Positions 11,111 to 24,895 are shown, counted from the whole stretch's first letter. The stretch is 63,746 nt of DNA, filler included, from Globobulimina sp. (GCA_003354225.1; 23 parts of 23 records of this genome joined end to end with filler, not necessarily neighbours in it); one strand, 5' to 3'. Translations and numbers: made by a program. Notes: a model not told the origin generated them from the sequence alone.

Positions 11111-13276
11111 AATACAAATTATTATACCATCCACCCAGCGACCACTGCCAAAATATAATAAATTATCAATCTCAAAATCTGAATCATCACATTCATCGTC
11201 ATCGTCATCGCCATCATCATCATAATAGGATAAGGGATGGGATAAAATGGTATCAAATGTTATAAATAATTGTACTAAATCGCCAAACAAAAACGGCGAC
11301 CCATTGTTACAAATGGTATTCTCCTCAATCATAAATTGTGGCAATTGTGTTTTTGAATAATTTGATGAGCGTTGACATATTCGTTGATGAATATGTATAT
11401 ATTTTGCCAATGGCAATTGTCTTCTTTTCCAAATGCATTGGTTTGAATAATTATTTTTATTCGAATGGATTTGTCCGGGACTTACATCTTTTTCATTGTC
11501 ATGGAACCATTGCTCAACAATGGATACATAATCGCAGTTATTATATTTCGTTTCCTCCACTGCTTTTTTCACCTTTTCTTCAAATTGTTTCATTTTGCTT
11601 TCATTACTATTGTTATCCTCATATTCTTTCTCAAATCGGCGATAAAGCATTGTATGGAAATATGAGGTACAATGAAACGAACAATACTCGCAATTTAAGC
11701 CGCCATCCATATCATATTCACCATTTATTACAGTCACATATCCGGCAAACTGACCGCCTAATTCTTTATTGGGTGACCATATCATTATCAATCGTACATT
11801 AATGCCATTGTTAGAGACGTAGCCAGTTACATGGCATTTTAGTGGCGAACACACAAAGCCTCGCAACTCAAATGTCACACGATTGTGACATAAAAATAAA
11901 GTGTCATTATTTATAGGTTCATCGTTAGCATTGCTGACTGAATTATTATTATTATTCACTGAATTATCAAAATACAACGACCAGGCACCGGTTAAATCAC
12001 ATTCTAAATATTGGTCGGGCATTAATGGCCATGTTGTTTGCGGCCTCTTTTTCTGTTTTTTTCTTCTTTTTTGTTTTTTTGAAGGTGGAACATATAAATT
12101 ATCGTTTGTGGCCTTATTATTTCGATTTCGTTTTCGTTTATTAATATTAGTTGTTTTTTGCATTAATGATTTTGGCAATTTAGTGCCTTTCCTGGCTGCA
12201 ACCAATGATCCGCCTTTTCTTAAATATAAGCGATCCGTGTACCACATGCCATTTTTTATAATATCATTACCATCAAAACTGGCTTTCCCAAATATCTCAT
12301 CATCTTCGCCATACATTGTATAGGTGAATGTTTTCCCTTTTTCGAGCTTGCCGGTCAATAAAAAAGTCCATGCGGCCGGACCACTGTCATCAATACATTT
12401 GCCTTCAATGTTGCCGCCAATATGTTGCTTTAACTCCATCTCATATCTTGCTTTGGTCATATCTGTGTCGCCGATTATATCCCAGCTATAATAAACTACC
12501 CAGACACCGGTTAAGCTCTTACTCTCTGACGACGATGACGACGATGCTGCCGACGACGAAGACGACGATGATGATGATGACGACGACGACTCTGAATTAA
12601 CGGATGATAATGATGGAGATGAAGAAGAAGACGATGATGGAGATGATGATGATGCTGCTGATGAACAGCTGGAAGAAGCAGAGGTCGAATCATTTGCTTT
12701 ATTGATGGGTGGCATTGATGACGAAGAGGATGATTGTTGTATGGTGGGCATGTATGGATTTGTTTTTATAGAATTTATAGGAAATGGCGGATATAGATTT
12801 GCAATAAATGGCGGTGCTAAATGATGATGATGATGTATATGATCATGTGTGTGATGAATGGGTGGATATATTGGTGCCGTGGTAGTGGTAGTTTGTGTGG
12901 TAATGATTGTATTTAATGGATGTGTTGTATGCACTGTATGTAATGCACTCAAATCTGGCAATGCATGCAATAAATTGGATTGAGTTTTGTTTTGATTTAT
13001 ATTTGGTGTTGATGGTATTGATGGTGTTGAAGCTCCATTTAATGGGAATGTGTGTAATGAACTTAATTCTGTTTTTTGTAGTTGTACACTGTGGATTGGA
13101 TTTGTGATTGCTAACACTGCTGATTCATTATCTGCTATTTTTGTATTATCTATCTGTGCAGGGTTTGACTTTGATGATGCGTTGTTAGTATTATTTGTAT
13201 TGGTTGCATTTGCAACAGAATGAGACTGTGGACTTGATGGTGGGGTTGGAAGACAATCGTTTGTATTAGAATTCAT
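11111..13276 (-). CDS. Large protein with S/H/T-rich low-complexity N-terminus and two LTGxW-initiated beta-rich domains (3' partial)
   Basis: Uninterrupted ORF of more than 720 codons from ATG 13276. No confident family assignment. Confidence 0.75.
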
Positions 13277-13421
13277 TTTTTATGTTCAAGTTTTGGGCGC
13301 CATCTACTTTTCTAAATGATTTGTTGTTTCTTACTAAAAAACGGTAGGCTTACATGACTATAAAAAAAAAAGGAAAAAGGAAAAAGTCAAATTAATCAAT
13401 TATATATAACAAAAAGTAAAA

Positions 13422-13787
13422 TTATTTGTATTCATAATCAAGCTCCATTTCTTTTTTATTTTGTGGATCATCTTCCGGATAGGCAAATACTCGGATTTTG
13501 GTGTCACTAAAATACAATTCAACAATAATAGATAGTTCAGTTGAATTTGAAGGGAAAACAACCGTGGTTTTCGCACAGGGCTTATTTTTCACAACTTTTG
13601 GATCCTGTTCATCCGATGAATATACACTGATTCGTACTTTTTTTTGTTTGATATTAAATCTTTTATATTTCCGAATGATTGGCTTGTCATCGCCATGGAT
13701 AGTTTGATTCTTTCGCGCGTCGACACTAAATATATTTCGCACACGTAATACGCTTGTATGATCGCAACGATATTGATTGGCCTCTAA
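13422..13787 (-). CDS. C-terminal fragment of an HSPA12-like atypical Hsp70 protein
   Basis: NIFSVDARKNQTI...QKKVRISVYSSDEQDP...IIVELYFSDTKIRVFA matches the HSPA12-type C-terminal pattern (IxIYxS..DP; IxVxxxFxxTxIxVxA). Confidence 0.6.
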   Translation of the reverse strand, partial: LEANQYRCDHTSVLRVRNIFSVDARKNQTIHGDDKPIIRKYKRFNIKQKKVRISVYSSDEQDPKVVKNKPCAKTTVVFPSNSTELSIIVELYFSDTKIRVFAYPEDDPQNKKEMELDYEYK

Positions 13788-13887
13788 NNNNNNNNNNNNN
13801 NNNNNNNNNNNNNNNNNNNNNNNNNNNNNNNTTAATTAATTAANNNNNNNNNNNNNNNNNNNNNNNNNNNNNNNNNNNNNNNNNNNN

Positions 13888-15049
13888 TGTGTCATACTAT
13901 ATTCAATCGTGGAGCACTGACGACGAAGATAAATTGGGCAAATGTAATGATTGTAATGTTCAAATTGTGCCTGCGCATTATATATTGCAATGCATTGCAG
14001 CTCAAAAGATTATCTCATTCAAGCAATACTCGATTGACGAATATAATAAGAATAAGAATAAGAACTCAAACACAAATATTTGGGAAACACTCATTAGTGA
14101 TAATAATTCCGACTTATTTGTGGAGCCATGCCTACACAGTTTGGAACACGAGTCAATCCCACAAACTGTGCAAGAACTCAGTGCATACAATTGTAAATCG
14201 ACAGCAAAGCATAAAATAATCTATATTTTGCCCATTATTTCCGAAAGAAAGTCGAAACGAAAACATAATAATAATAATCTGAACAGTGGTGCAATGAACC
14301 ACAAATTATTGGAATTGATCTCAGAGTTTGTGTCTGTCTATTTCCAATTGAATGTGCAAATATTAAACAGTATTAGTTTGGCAATTAATGACGTCGACAC
14401 AAAACAGAGCGCAAACATGACAGTCAATAATAAAGTGTTTAGTGTCAATGCAAATGAGACAAAGGAAAACAAGACACATTTGCAGTTCGAAGTGTGTGAC
14501 ATTATCGACGCAGTGTTGGAAGTGTATGAAAATGAGAGAAAATGTGCAGAAATGTTATTGAAAGACAGCGGCTATTGTATAGTTGGCATTACAAGCGAGG
14601 ATATCTTTGAGAAAGACTCAGGCTTTGCTATATTGCGAGGCAGAGCCTTTGGAGGTTCGAGCGTGGCTGTCTTTTCGTCGCATTCTTATTACACTCAAAC
14701 AGACACAGACACAGACAAGGATAGCAATAATAGTTTGTTAATGTTACTCAACACAGTCGCTCATGAATTATTGCATTGTTTTGGAGAGGACCACTGTGTA
14801 TATTACGCATGTGTTATGAATGCGTGGAGTGATATCATCGATGAATATCGGAACTGTAATGACAAAAATAGTGAAACCATAGTGTCTGTGAGTCCTATGC
14901 ATTTGTGTCCCATTGATTTGAAAAAGTTATCAATCATAAATCCGACATTTGATGTGTTGAAAAGATATGAAATGTTGCATGTGTTTTACGAAAAATATGG
15001 AATGGTTCAACAAACCAAATGGGTGAAAGAGGTGATATGTCGATTGTAA
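13888..15049 (+). CDS. Archaemetzincin (peptidase M54) zinc metalloprotease, 5' partial
   Basis: VAHELLHCFGEDHCVYYACVMN and PMHLCPIDLKKL, plus IYILPI, CIVGITSEDIF and DVLKRY, match the archaemetzincin signature. Confidence 0.9.
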
Positions 15050-15177
15050 AAGAATGACTGTCAGATCTTTATATTTACATTTCTTTATATCACGTCAATT
15101 GTCAGCTACTGTTTAACTTACTTAGAACGCGTCGACTGTTTCAAAAGGACAAATTAAGCGTGACATGTTGAGTTTTG

Positions 15178-16474
15178 ATGACTAAAACCACACAAGATTC
15201 AAGATTCAGAATGGCATCAGAACAGCTAGATATGATGTACAATTTTGTTCAATCCAATTTGAAAAACGTGGCTACAACATTGGATCTTTTACCTTTTATC
15301 AACGCTTTAATGACATTTAAAAATTTAAAAGTTCAGTTGTCAATGGCATTACATCGATTTTATAGTGAATCAAAAGCAGATGAGACAGCAAATGATAAAC
15401 ATGGTACAAAGTATAATGCGATCCAATCATTATTTTTTCAACTTCAACGACTTGGAAATGTGAAAAATGAATCACTCAAATCATCAAAATCATCGGTCTC
15501 ACTATTTAACGATGCCATTGTTGATAAACATTGTTTATCCTCGACTTCATGCATTGCATTACATCGTATTACCAAAGCATTATTATACTATGACAATATA
15601 TTAAATAAAGCATCTGTGAGAAATACACAAAGCGTTAATAAATTACTTTTAACGTATTTTAATGAGACAAATTATAAACATTTATTAAATGATTACCATC
15701 ACATTTGTTGTTATCATATAAATAAAAAAAATATAAATGAGTCAAATGATGAATTTGAATTAATTTACAACCAAATCATAAAATATGTGCATCCTTGTGA
15801 TGTTACAAAGTGTATGAAATTCAGAAGGAATCGGAGAATTCGCGAAGATGAAAATATTAAAATATTAAATTGCGACAATGATCTAAATACAAATTTTTAT
15901 GTAGACACTTTAGATTCCATTCATTGTTATTTCTTACATTCATTCGATATCGGTATGAGAATAAATCAAAATCAATTATTTGTTGATAATGACAGCAATA
16001 ATAAGAAAACAAAGAAAATAAAAGTGGACGATGATCAATTTTATACTGATACAAAACTCGAAAAATTAAAAAAAATTATAAATGAAAAATTATTACCATT
16101 AAGGAAACAGTATGTGATTAAAGGTGGACAAAATAAATATTTTTCAAATATGAATGACGAAGCAGGTATATCTACGAATAAATACACACAAACACACACA
16201 TTAAATATATACATTACATACAATTACAGAGACATCGTTGTTGCGCACATTGGCGCCACTTTGTAAAAACGTGTTTAACTCGGATAAACAAGGAAAGTTC
16301 GAGACGATTGTCTCGGAAATATTGCCAGATTTAAAAAGCAGACTCTTGGATATAATTAAATGGCTAATCAAATATATCCATGATGACTGCACTTTGCTTG
16401 TAAACTGTTGCACCATATTGTCTGAACAACTCCTGCTGAATGTATTGTTGATACATTCCCTGCAGTTATATTAG
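15178..16474 (+). CDS. Uncharacterised protein with a His/Cys module shared with 36100-37700; probable intron ~16167-16229
   Basis: Contains CIALHRI..LLYY, LLNDYHHI, CDVTKCMKFRRNRR and LDSIHCYFLHSFD. The last exon is inferred from a GTATAT..TACAG intron, so the 3' end is uncertain. Confidence 0.65.
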
Positions 16475-16664
16475 AAATCTGCCCATATGGTAATAAATAT
16501 TCAATTTTATCGTCAATTACTGTATAGAATATATTGGTACTAAAATTTATATTCTCAACAATCTNNNNNNNNNNNNNNNNNNNNNNNNNNNNNNNNNNNN
16601 NNNNNNNNTTAATTAATTAANNNNNNNNNNNNNNNNNNNNNNNNNNNNNNNNNNNNNNNNNNNN

Positions 16665-17495
16665 GCAGTTCAATTGAATAGTGATTGCTGTTTTTGGTTT
16701 ACATTGCATGGCGAAGTGTGTTAACTACATCCACAGTTTTTTGTATTTTAATTTGAAAGGGTTGAGCATCAATGTTATATACTTTATAATAATTCTTTAT
16801 GTTTGGGCCAATGGGTGTTACTATGCTCACAAATAATTTACCAGAGAGATAGTAATAATTATTATCTTGTTCAATATGAATAACACTTAGTCCATTCTTA
16901 TCGGAACAATTCATAAGCTCCGACAATGTGAAATGTCCATCATATAAAATAGCACCACACATATATTGATAATGTGGATTATAATTGATATCAACATATG
17001 ATATTGTCCAATATGTTGATGGTGTACTATATGCCAAATATTTATCACTTCCAACATGTTGATCAATCCATGGCGATGCACTATGCTGCCACCATTCATC
17101 CCAATCACTATTTTGATAAGAAGATGAGATTCGATTTGCGCAGTTATTTGGTTTATTTATAGAATCTCTTGTTGTAAATGATACAAAATCAATGATATAA
17201 TTTGTTCCCAATTTTGTGTCAGATGTCCGTGAAGTGGATGAACCAATATATTCCAGTTCTATTTTACAATCAAAAACAAATGTTTTTGGGTTAAATGTAA
17301 ATTCAATGGATGTTTTAGGAGGAGGTCCTACTTTAACCATCTTATCCCAATCCAATTCTGTTGGTAAACATTGGTCCGAACGATTAAAACCTAGGTATCC
17401 ATACGAATTGAATGTCAGTACACGTGATATTCATATTGTTATTAACTTGTTTCAGCAAACACGAAACTGAGCCATGGTAAGAAAACTAAAAACAT
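16665..17495 (-). CDS. Secreted protein of unknown function (signal peptide in a small first exon), 3' partial
   Basis: MFLVFLPWLSFVFAET from ATG 17495 splices through a GTTAAT..CTAG intron into SFNRSDQCLPTELDWDK of ORF 16699-17355. Confidence 0.65.
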
Positions 17496-17667
17496 TTTTT
17501 CCTCTAAAAAAAGTTTACGATCGTGAAATGATTTGTTATTGACTGGAAAAACAGATGATGTTATAATAAATTTAAAAATAATAAATAATAATACATGATA
17601 AATACATGTAATGATAAAAAAAAAAGTATGAAAAAATATTTATAGCATAATAATGCATTGTAAAATG

Positions 17668-19341
17668 TTATAAAAGAGTTTCTTCATCGACATCCTCTTG
17701 AGAAGACACATTATGTTCCATAGATTTCTGTTTCTGTATTTGCTTAATTTCGGCAAATTTTTTAGTTGCAAATATAGCCTCACCATGCACCTTTTCATCG
17801 ATTAAATATGATAAATAAATGGTTTCTGTCGCCACCTCAAAAACATACATAAATAATGCAGCGATAATATAGCAAATTATCAATATAACAACAGCCGGTA
17901 ATAAATATGATGATAAATTATTTTTAAAATACTCCATATAATGCATAATAAGCACAGAAATGGCTGTCAATCCACCACTAATCATAACTTTACCCAATAT
18001 CTCTGACGATGTAGTAACAGCTGAGAGCATAACTGATGACTCAATGTTTTCTAAAACTAATTTAAAAGCACTGTATGATGAATAACAATACGAATTCCCT
18101 TTTTTTGTTGTTTGTATATACGTATACTATATATTTAATACATATACATACCATAAATAGTAACAAATATCAACCCATTTTTATTTATTTTATCGAATAT
18201 ACACTGACAACAATATAAGCAAACGTTAATGCAAGCAAACACGCAGCGACCCAGATACCCAGTCGAGTCAACCACTTTGCTCTCAATATATTTAACAACG
18301 GCGCGTATTACACGTATTACTGTCAATATCAATGCAGCAAAAGCAATACTTCCCAAATGATATCGAAGTATCATCCACAAAGATGCGCAAATTGGCCACT
18401 TCTGTTTCAATTCTTTTTTTGTCCGACTTTCGTCAGTCCATTCACTGAAATACCACGCACTGTACACTCCCGCCAATGTCATGAATTCCAAATACATTAT
18501 AAATTGAATAATATACAGCCATATCAATACATGGCACGCCAATTCTTCTCCCATCACTGGATCAAATTCTAAATACCAATATTCCTCTCCATAATTACCA
18601 TTGTCAACAAACTCGCGAGGCATTGGATTTGGTCCAACCTCCAATTGAACAGAATAAATGTAAGCAAATTCCACAACAAATGCAAAGCTAACAACCAATA
18701 TGAATATACTCATAAAAATGGGGATCAACAAAGTGGCAGGCAACTGAGTCAAAGCAGTACTCGATTCCTCCAACATTTCAATGACAAGTTCAATATTCTT
18801 TCGTTGGAACCAGGTAATCAATAATAATATCACTACGATAATTACCACTGCCGCACCACAGCCAGTTTCCCATTTTCCCAATGTTTTAGTTTCTGCATTC
18901 TCCATATCATCAATACCTAAATTATATTATATATATATATATTTTATGTCTATGAATTTATATAATTATACACAAAACCATTTGATATCAGAAAGCATGC
19001 CAAGACTCCACCACCTCCAACAATAATGACTGCAGCAAAGCACATTAAAAATCTGCCAACAAAAGCTATTATCTTAATATATATGAAGGAGCATAAAACA
19101 GCAATAATGCATATAACTACGATTAGCCATATCGCAGTTTGTATGTCCATTAAAGAGCGCTCTAATGACTGCCCGGTTGAATCAAACTTTTGATCAAAAT
19201 CTGTATCTGTTAATTCATTTAAATCTTGTGGAATGCAGTAGGAATTTAGAAACTTTTTGGATGGATAGGTGTCAATCATCATATTATTGTGGGGGTCATT
19301 TGTAAACTGATCACATGATTGACTTTCTGGGATACAAATTC
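17668..19341 (-). CDS. Choline transporter-like protein (CTL/SLC44 family), spliced, 5' partial
   Basis: Motifs RKNIELVIEMLEESS, RYHLGSIAFAALI, CLYCCQCIFDKINKNGLIFVTIYG|NSYCYSS..AF and FMYVFEVATETIYLSYLID. Three ORFs are joined by short introns. Confidence 0.9.
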
Positions 19342-19607
19342 NNNNNNNNNNNNNNNNNNNNNNNNNNNNNNNNNNNNNNNNNNNNTTAATTAATTAANNN
19401 NNNNNNNNNNNNNNNNNNNNNNNNNNNNNNNNNNNNNNNNNTTGTGCCATTAATTGTATTTCTTCACCATCAAAATTAAAAAAAAAACAGTTTTCTAAGT
19501 GCAAGGATAAAAAGTGAAAAAACACAAAATAAAACAAATACACGGTCTTTCCCATCTCAATGAATACAAAGTATATCCAAACAACACAGAAAAATACAAC
19601 CAAACAA

Positions 19608-20888
19608 TCAATAATAACTAGTACTACTGAGAAATGTATATAAATTATTTGAATCCGAATACATTTTTTCCATAATAAATTGGACATCATTTGTTTGAAT
19701 CCATTTTTTATCATTACTCCTTGTATCAAAATATCCAAAATAGTCAGCTGCAGCTCCTGAGGCACAATATAAAATATATGGATTGTCATGCAACCATACA
19801 AGTGGTTTTCCATTAACATATTTAAATTGTATTTCTTCGGCATCCAAAGTAAAATCCTCAACCAATGTAATCCATTCATTTTTATTCATATCATATTTGG
19901 CAGTATGACCAATAGTTGATACAATATAAATATATGGCAAATTATAAATATTGTTTTCAGACACTCCAAACATAGACGTTTCTTGCTGACTGAATTTATT
20001 ATATTCATAGGATTGGATTTGTTGCCATTCATATTTATTTAAATCAAATATACCACATTTTGCTGATTGTTTCATTATTAATTTTTTATCTGTCCTCAAA
20101 AACCAATTGGAAACATATGAATTTATGGCAAATATTTTCTCCTCATTTGCTAAATAACTCATTGACAAAACATGTTCATGATATTCATCATAATCTGAAT
20201 CAAAAAAGTTGTCCAGCTCCGATTGCATAACTTTCATTTGTGCAAAATTAAAATCTTTCGAATTTATGTCAATATTATTCAATTTTAATTGGTATAAATT
20301 GCAATATTTCTCATATATTATGCCATGTTTATCGCCACAAAATAAAAATTGATATGGTGTATGAAATGATGCCATTTCAATCATATTTGATGAAACAAAG
20401 GAATCATATTCGATTACTTGACATTGTTCTGTAGAGTTTGAATTTTTTATTGATTCAAAAAATAATATTAAAGGATATTTCTTTCTATTTCCAGCATCAA
20501 CTAAACCAATAAAGGCATCACAACATTTATTATCAATCATAATATTTGGAGTATAGCACCAATTTGTCCTTTCCATATTTATTTGTTTTGGTTTTAAAAT
20601 ATATTTTTGATAAAAATCTGTGAAATAAAATTCATTGTTTTCTTTATCAAACATAAATAATTTGACTGTAATTACATAAAATGAACTACATAGTTTGATA
20701 ATATTCAATGGAATGATAGTTTTATTATCGAATAACGACTCCATATTACGAATAAAACCATAAACTAGCAATTCTTGTGTCTCTTTACTGATACATAATT
20801 TTCGTGTTTCACTACAATTTGATTTAATATCATCAGCTAATGATCCTGGGCTGTGTCTAATACCTGATACTGATCCTTGTTGTAACAT
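19608..20888 (-). CDS. Divergent Kelch-like beta-propeller protein with an N-terminal LLVxGFIR box
   Basis: ELLVYGFIRNMESLFDNKTIIPLNIIKLCSSFY is followed by blades ending CGIFDLNKYEW, AKYDMNKNEW and YFDTRSNDKKW. Confidence 0.65.
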   Translation of the reverse strand: MLQQGSVSGIRHSPGSLADDIKSNCSETRKLCISKETQELLVYGFIRNMESLFDNKTIIPLNIIKLCSSFYVITVKLFMFDKENNEFYFTDFYQKYILKPKQINMERTNWCYTPNIMIDNKCCDAFIGLVDAGNRKKYPLILFFESIKNSNSTEQCQVIEYDSFVSSNMIEMASFHTPYQFLFCGDKHGIIYEKYCNLYQLKLNNIDINSKDFNFAQMKVMQSELDNFFDSDYDEYHEHVLSMSYLANEEKIFAINSYVSNWFLRTDKKLIMKQSAKCGIFDLNKYEWQQIQSYEYNKFSQQETSMFGVSENNIYNLPYIYIVSTIGHTAKYDMNKNEWITLVEDFTLDAEEIQFKYVNGKPLVWLHDNPYILYCASGAAADYFGYFDTRSNDKKWIQTNDVQFIMEKMYSDSNNLYTFLSSTSYY

Positions 20889-20959
20889 AATGTAAATTGT
20901 TCGACCAAATTGTTTTTTTTTTGTAAAAAACACTAATTCTAAGATAATTTAAAAACACT

Positions 20960-22118
20960 GTGTTTGTTACGTTTTTGCTAAAAGTTCTGAGATTAATATA
21001 CAAGTGATCGATCGAGATATTATATATATTATATGGATACACTGACACACTGATGTAGTTTTGACACACTCTCTTCGTTTTCTTTGCTCCCACTCGCATC
21101 TGCTGTATTTCTACAGTGTTAACTCGAACAATATTATCACCATCGTCATCAAACGATGTTGTTTGTCCTTTTGAACTTTGAGATCGTTTGTTTTCAGTAT
21201 TAATCCACTCAATGAAAGGAGAATAAGAAATGGAAACACTTTTTTCTTTCCTTCTCAGTACATTAATGCCTTGCTTCCACATAAAAAGAGCAATCACGCG
21301 ACATGAACTGGACAGTAATGATTGAAAAGAGATGTAACTATTTGTAGCCTCAATATGTATAATGTAATCATCTTCTGCTGACGACAAGAATTGATGCTGA
21401 AACATATAAAAAGTAAACAATACAGCACCAAATAAACTGATTAGAACTTTCCATCTTTGCTGCATCTGAACAGCATCAAGCGATGAAATAAATATTATCC
21501 ATAACACTGTAAAAATACTATTTAAAATATTTGAAATATTTCCATATAAACCTACATTCAATTGCTTATATTCATAAATAAAGTTGCAAGTTTGCAACAA
21601 AATGCAATATCCCGTTTTAACCCAAAAGTCAAATGAGCCAACAATCAATTTTAAGGATATCTTATTGAAGGATAATATTAAAAATGAAAGTAATGGAATC
21701 CAAAAACAACAACTAACGACAATGTAATACATATAAAATACATTGATGTAAAATTCAAATAATTTCACGAAAAATAATATAGTTCCAATCGCCGCACTTA
21801 CTGCAAGCAGCACCATTGTTATTTTATGAGTTAATAAATTTTTAGTTTTAATGGCATTTTCTGTGCCAACTGCCAACTAAACAATGTAAATAAGTATTAT
21901 TTACATCAAATGTATATACCAAATCGCCAAATCGACCGTTATGATTTTCATTTCTTTTCTCGTTGTTATTGTATATGTTTGCTAATGAAAATTGTTTATT
22001 TTGCTTGCTATATTTGCATGGAATGGTTAATATTTTATGTATTTGTTGCAACTCAGTTGAAGATAATATTATATCATTTGACTGGAGATATGTCGATATG
22101 ACGGCATCAATACCCCCA
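20960..22118 (-). CDS. Multi-pass membrane protein of unknown function; 5' partial; frame break near 21870; 3' end approximate
   Basis: ORF 20857-21876 has about 6-7 hydrophobic segments. Upstream ORF 21848-22051 joins it either by a 43-nt intron or by removal of a 7-bp duplication. Confidence 0.6.
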
Positions 22119-22218
22119 NNNNNNNNNNNNNNNNNNNNNNNNNNNNNNNNNNNNNNNNNNNNTTAATTAATTAANNNNNNNNNNNNNNNNNNNNNNNNNN
22201 NNNNNNNNNNNNNNNNNN

Positions 22219-24895
22219 CATTGATGGCCAAATATCATTGCAATATGTTTTTATATATGTTGTATTTGGCGGGTTTGCTCAGATTTTATTATTTTTAGCC
22301 CTTTGTGTGTTTGAATTCCATCATCGTCACAGAGATGGAGTTATCGCTGAGTTTGGAGATGGATTCGTCGAGCCACACATTGAAAATGTGAATAACAATA
22401 TAAATATCAATCAATTCGAAGGTATTAATAATAATATTCAACCGAATGAAAACCAACAAAGACAACGGGATGATGAAAATATAGACAATGCTCCGGAACC
22501 TGAACAGAAAAATGACGACGAGCCAGCCATCGAATTCAATGTAGTGCCACCAGAGGAAAACCGTGGCTTTCTCAATGTTAATGTACTATTTTTTATTTTG
22601 TTCGAATTCACAGCAAAACAGTTTGCATTTTGATATTTTCAGCCAGATAACATTCGCGATGCGCAGCCCATTGAGTTGTTAGGTTTAGGCGGCAGATTTA
22701 ATGCATTTTTTAGCACAATTATCTCCGTCACAGTATTCAACATCGTATTGATTTCCACCGTGTTTTGGTTGCCAACCTTTGTCGGACATACAATGATGTT
22801 ATGCAGTGACACTTTGCATACATTTGGGTACATTGTATCTGATGTAATGTTATATGGATATAACGCATTATATATATCTGAATTTGTAACCCATTTCCTA
22901 TCCTATGCCATACCAACACTGTCATCTATGTTTGACTTAATACGCACTTATTTTGATATCGATTACAAAGTCCTACAAATATTATTCCATAAAACCTGCA
23001 CCTTCCTGTTATTGCAAAAACCATTAATTATATCCTACATTATCTCCCATCCCATGATATTCGGTTATATCATATTAGTAATCTGTTGTCTATGCACTTT
23101 ATGTTTAGACATGGCATATTATTATTTGATGCGGCCGACACTGGTGCAGCGTCGCCAACTTTTGAAGGCTACGCAGTCTCCACAGCAAATCAGTTGGTTT
23201 TGGGTTTGCTGCGAAGAGCTCAGCAGAATCCATACAGTGTTCTGGAGATTAATCGATTCTGCGCTCCGAGTCTGGGACTTCGCCTTCCAACTCGTCATCG
23301 TGCCGTATATATTTGGTCAGGGCATCGGCTATGCCACGCAATGCATTTGCATCAAAAACCCGACATTCACTCTGCAGAAAAACACTTCTTTGCTCAGTTT
23401 ATTAGCGAGCGGGCACGAAGGCAAATTGTTAAACATTCTGGAAACTTCGGTATTGGAGCATATGAGTTATTGGATCATTGGCTTTTGGTATATCTACGCT
23501 TCGATGAAGATATTCAGCCAAGCTCGGCATTTGATGCGCATTGAATTCAATTCGTGCTGGATGCGCTTCCCGCAACCAAACCAAATCCCAATCTCGTTGA
23601 GCATCACTCGCGCGATGAAGGAAAGGCTTATTTCCATGCGGATCCACCTTCCGTTGATATTTATGGGCGTGCATATTCCCTGCAAAATAATGTTGAAGTT
23701 GTTTCCGACGGTATTTCCTGTTTATGTCTATCCTTTGAATGTGCACAAATGGCCAACTGCTGGCATGTTGTTTATGGGCTCGTGTATAATGGCCATTATT
23801 TTGAGGAGATTGAGGGTGCAGAGACGGTGGAACTTTCTTGCCCGGCGGTGGTTGGATACTGTTGGGTTTGCAGTGGGGGTTCGCTATTTTATTGTGCCCG
23901 GAACTGATGCTCCCGATGATGTGCTGTTGGAGCTGAATGATGTCAATGCACAGAATTTGTTGCTTGATGATGAGGAGAAGGAAGCTTTACTGATTGAAGA
24001 GGAGGAGGAGGAGGAGGATCCGGAGGATGTTGCAGTGCTTTATACTGATTCGGATGGGTTAGGAACAGAAGAACATCAAAATGCAGCTGGCTCCGAGTCA
24101 TTGCTCTATGATTCGGAGAGTGATAATAAGGTTGAATTGGAAGAAGAAATTACAATTTTAAAGGAGAAGCAAGAGATATTACGCAAAGAGAATGAATCGT
24201 TGAAAGCGAAGATTGATGTTTTAAAGAAGAAAAAGGAAAATTTGGTAGCAACGTTACAGAAAAGGAGAGATGATATATTTTTGGAGAAGCATGCCTGGGA
24301 AAAGGAGAACGAAAATGATATTTATTTGAGATTACAGAAAGAACGGAAGGAATATATTGATCGATGTAAATTGTACACAGTGGGTATAAATCATTTGAGA
24401 TTGCGTCTATTTTCATTTGTAATGTGTTTATGGATAACCCAGATTTTAACGTTTTCGATGTTATTTTTAATCCCGTTGGTAAGTGGTCGGGTCATTTTTA
24501 AAGGATTGTTTTCAGAGAATATTCAAATCGAAAATGTGGACTGTTTGTCGTATATTATTGGCTTAATTTGTTGTGTAATAATTCCAAATGAGATTCATTT
24601 CTTTTTATCGTACCATTTTCAAGGGAGATTGGTAAATAATTTAGAAAAGTTAATAATTGATATGTTTATATTTGTGTTGATTCCATTATTTATTGGTTTT
24701 GGTTGGAATACAATGATTTATCACTTTATGCATTCAATGTCCTTAACACCGATTTATTGCATTTTGGAGGTATACTGTACGGGTATTTATATTGCAATTA
24801 TTTTATTATTATTTCAAAACCATAATGAACTGCAAAATGTGTTGGTGTGGGTGCAAAATAATAATAATGGTCATAACTTATATAGGTTTTGTAAG
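22219..24895 (+). CDS. DOA10/MARCH6-like ER membrane E3 ubiquitin ligase (internal transmembrane region; both ends missing); intron 22577-22642
   Basis: An acidic loop precedes IELLGLGGRF...VTVFNIVLISTVFWLPTFVGH, followed by many TM helices, HMSYWIIG and LFLIPLVSGRVIF. The RING-CH domain is not on this contig. Confidence 0.7.
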
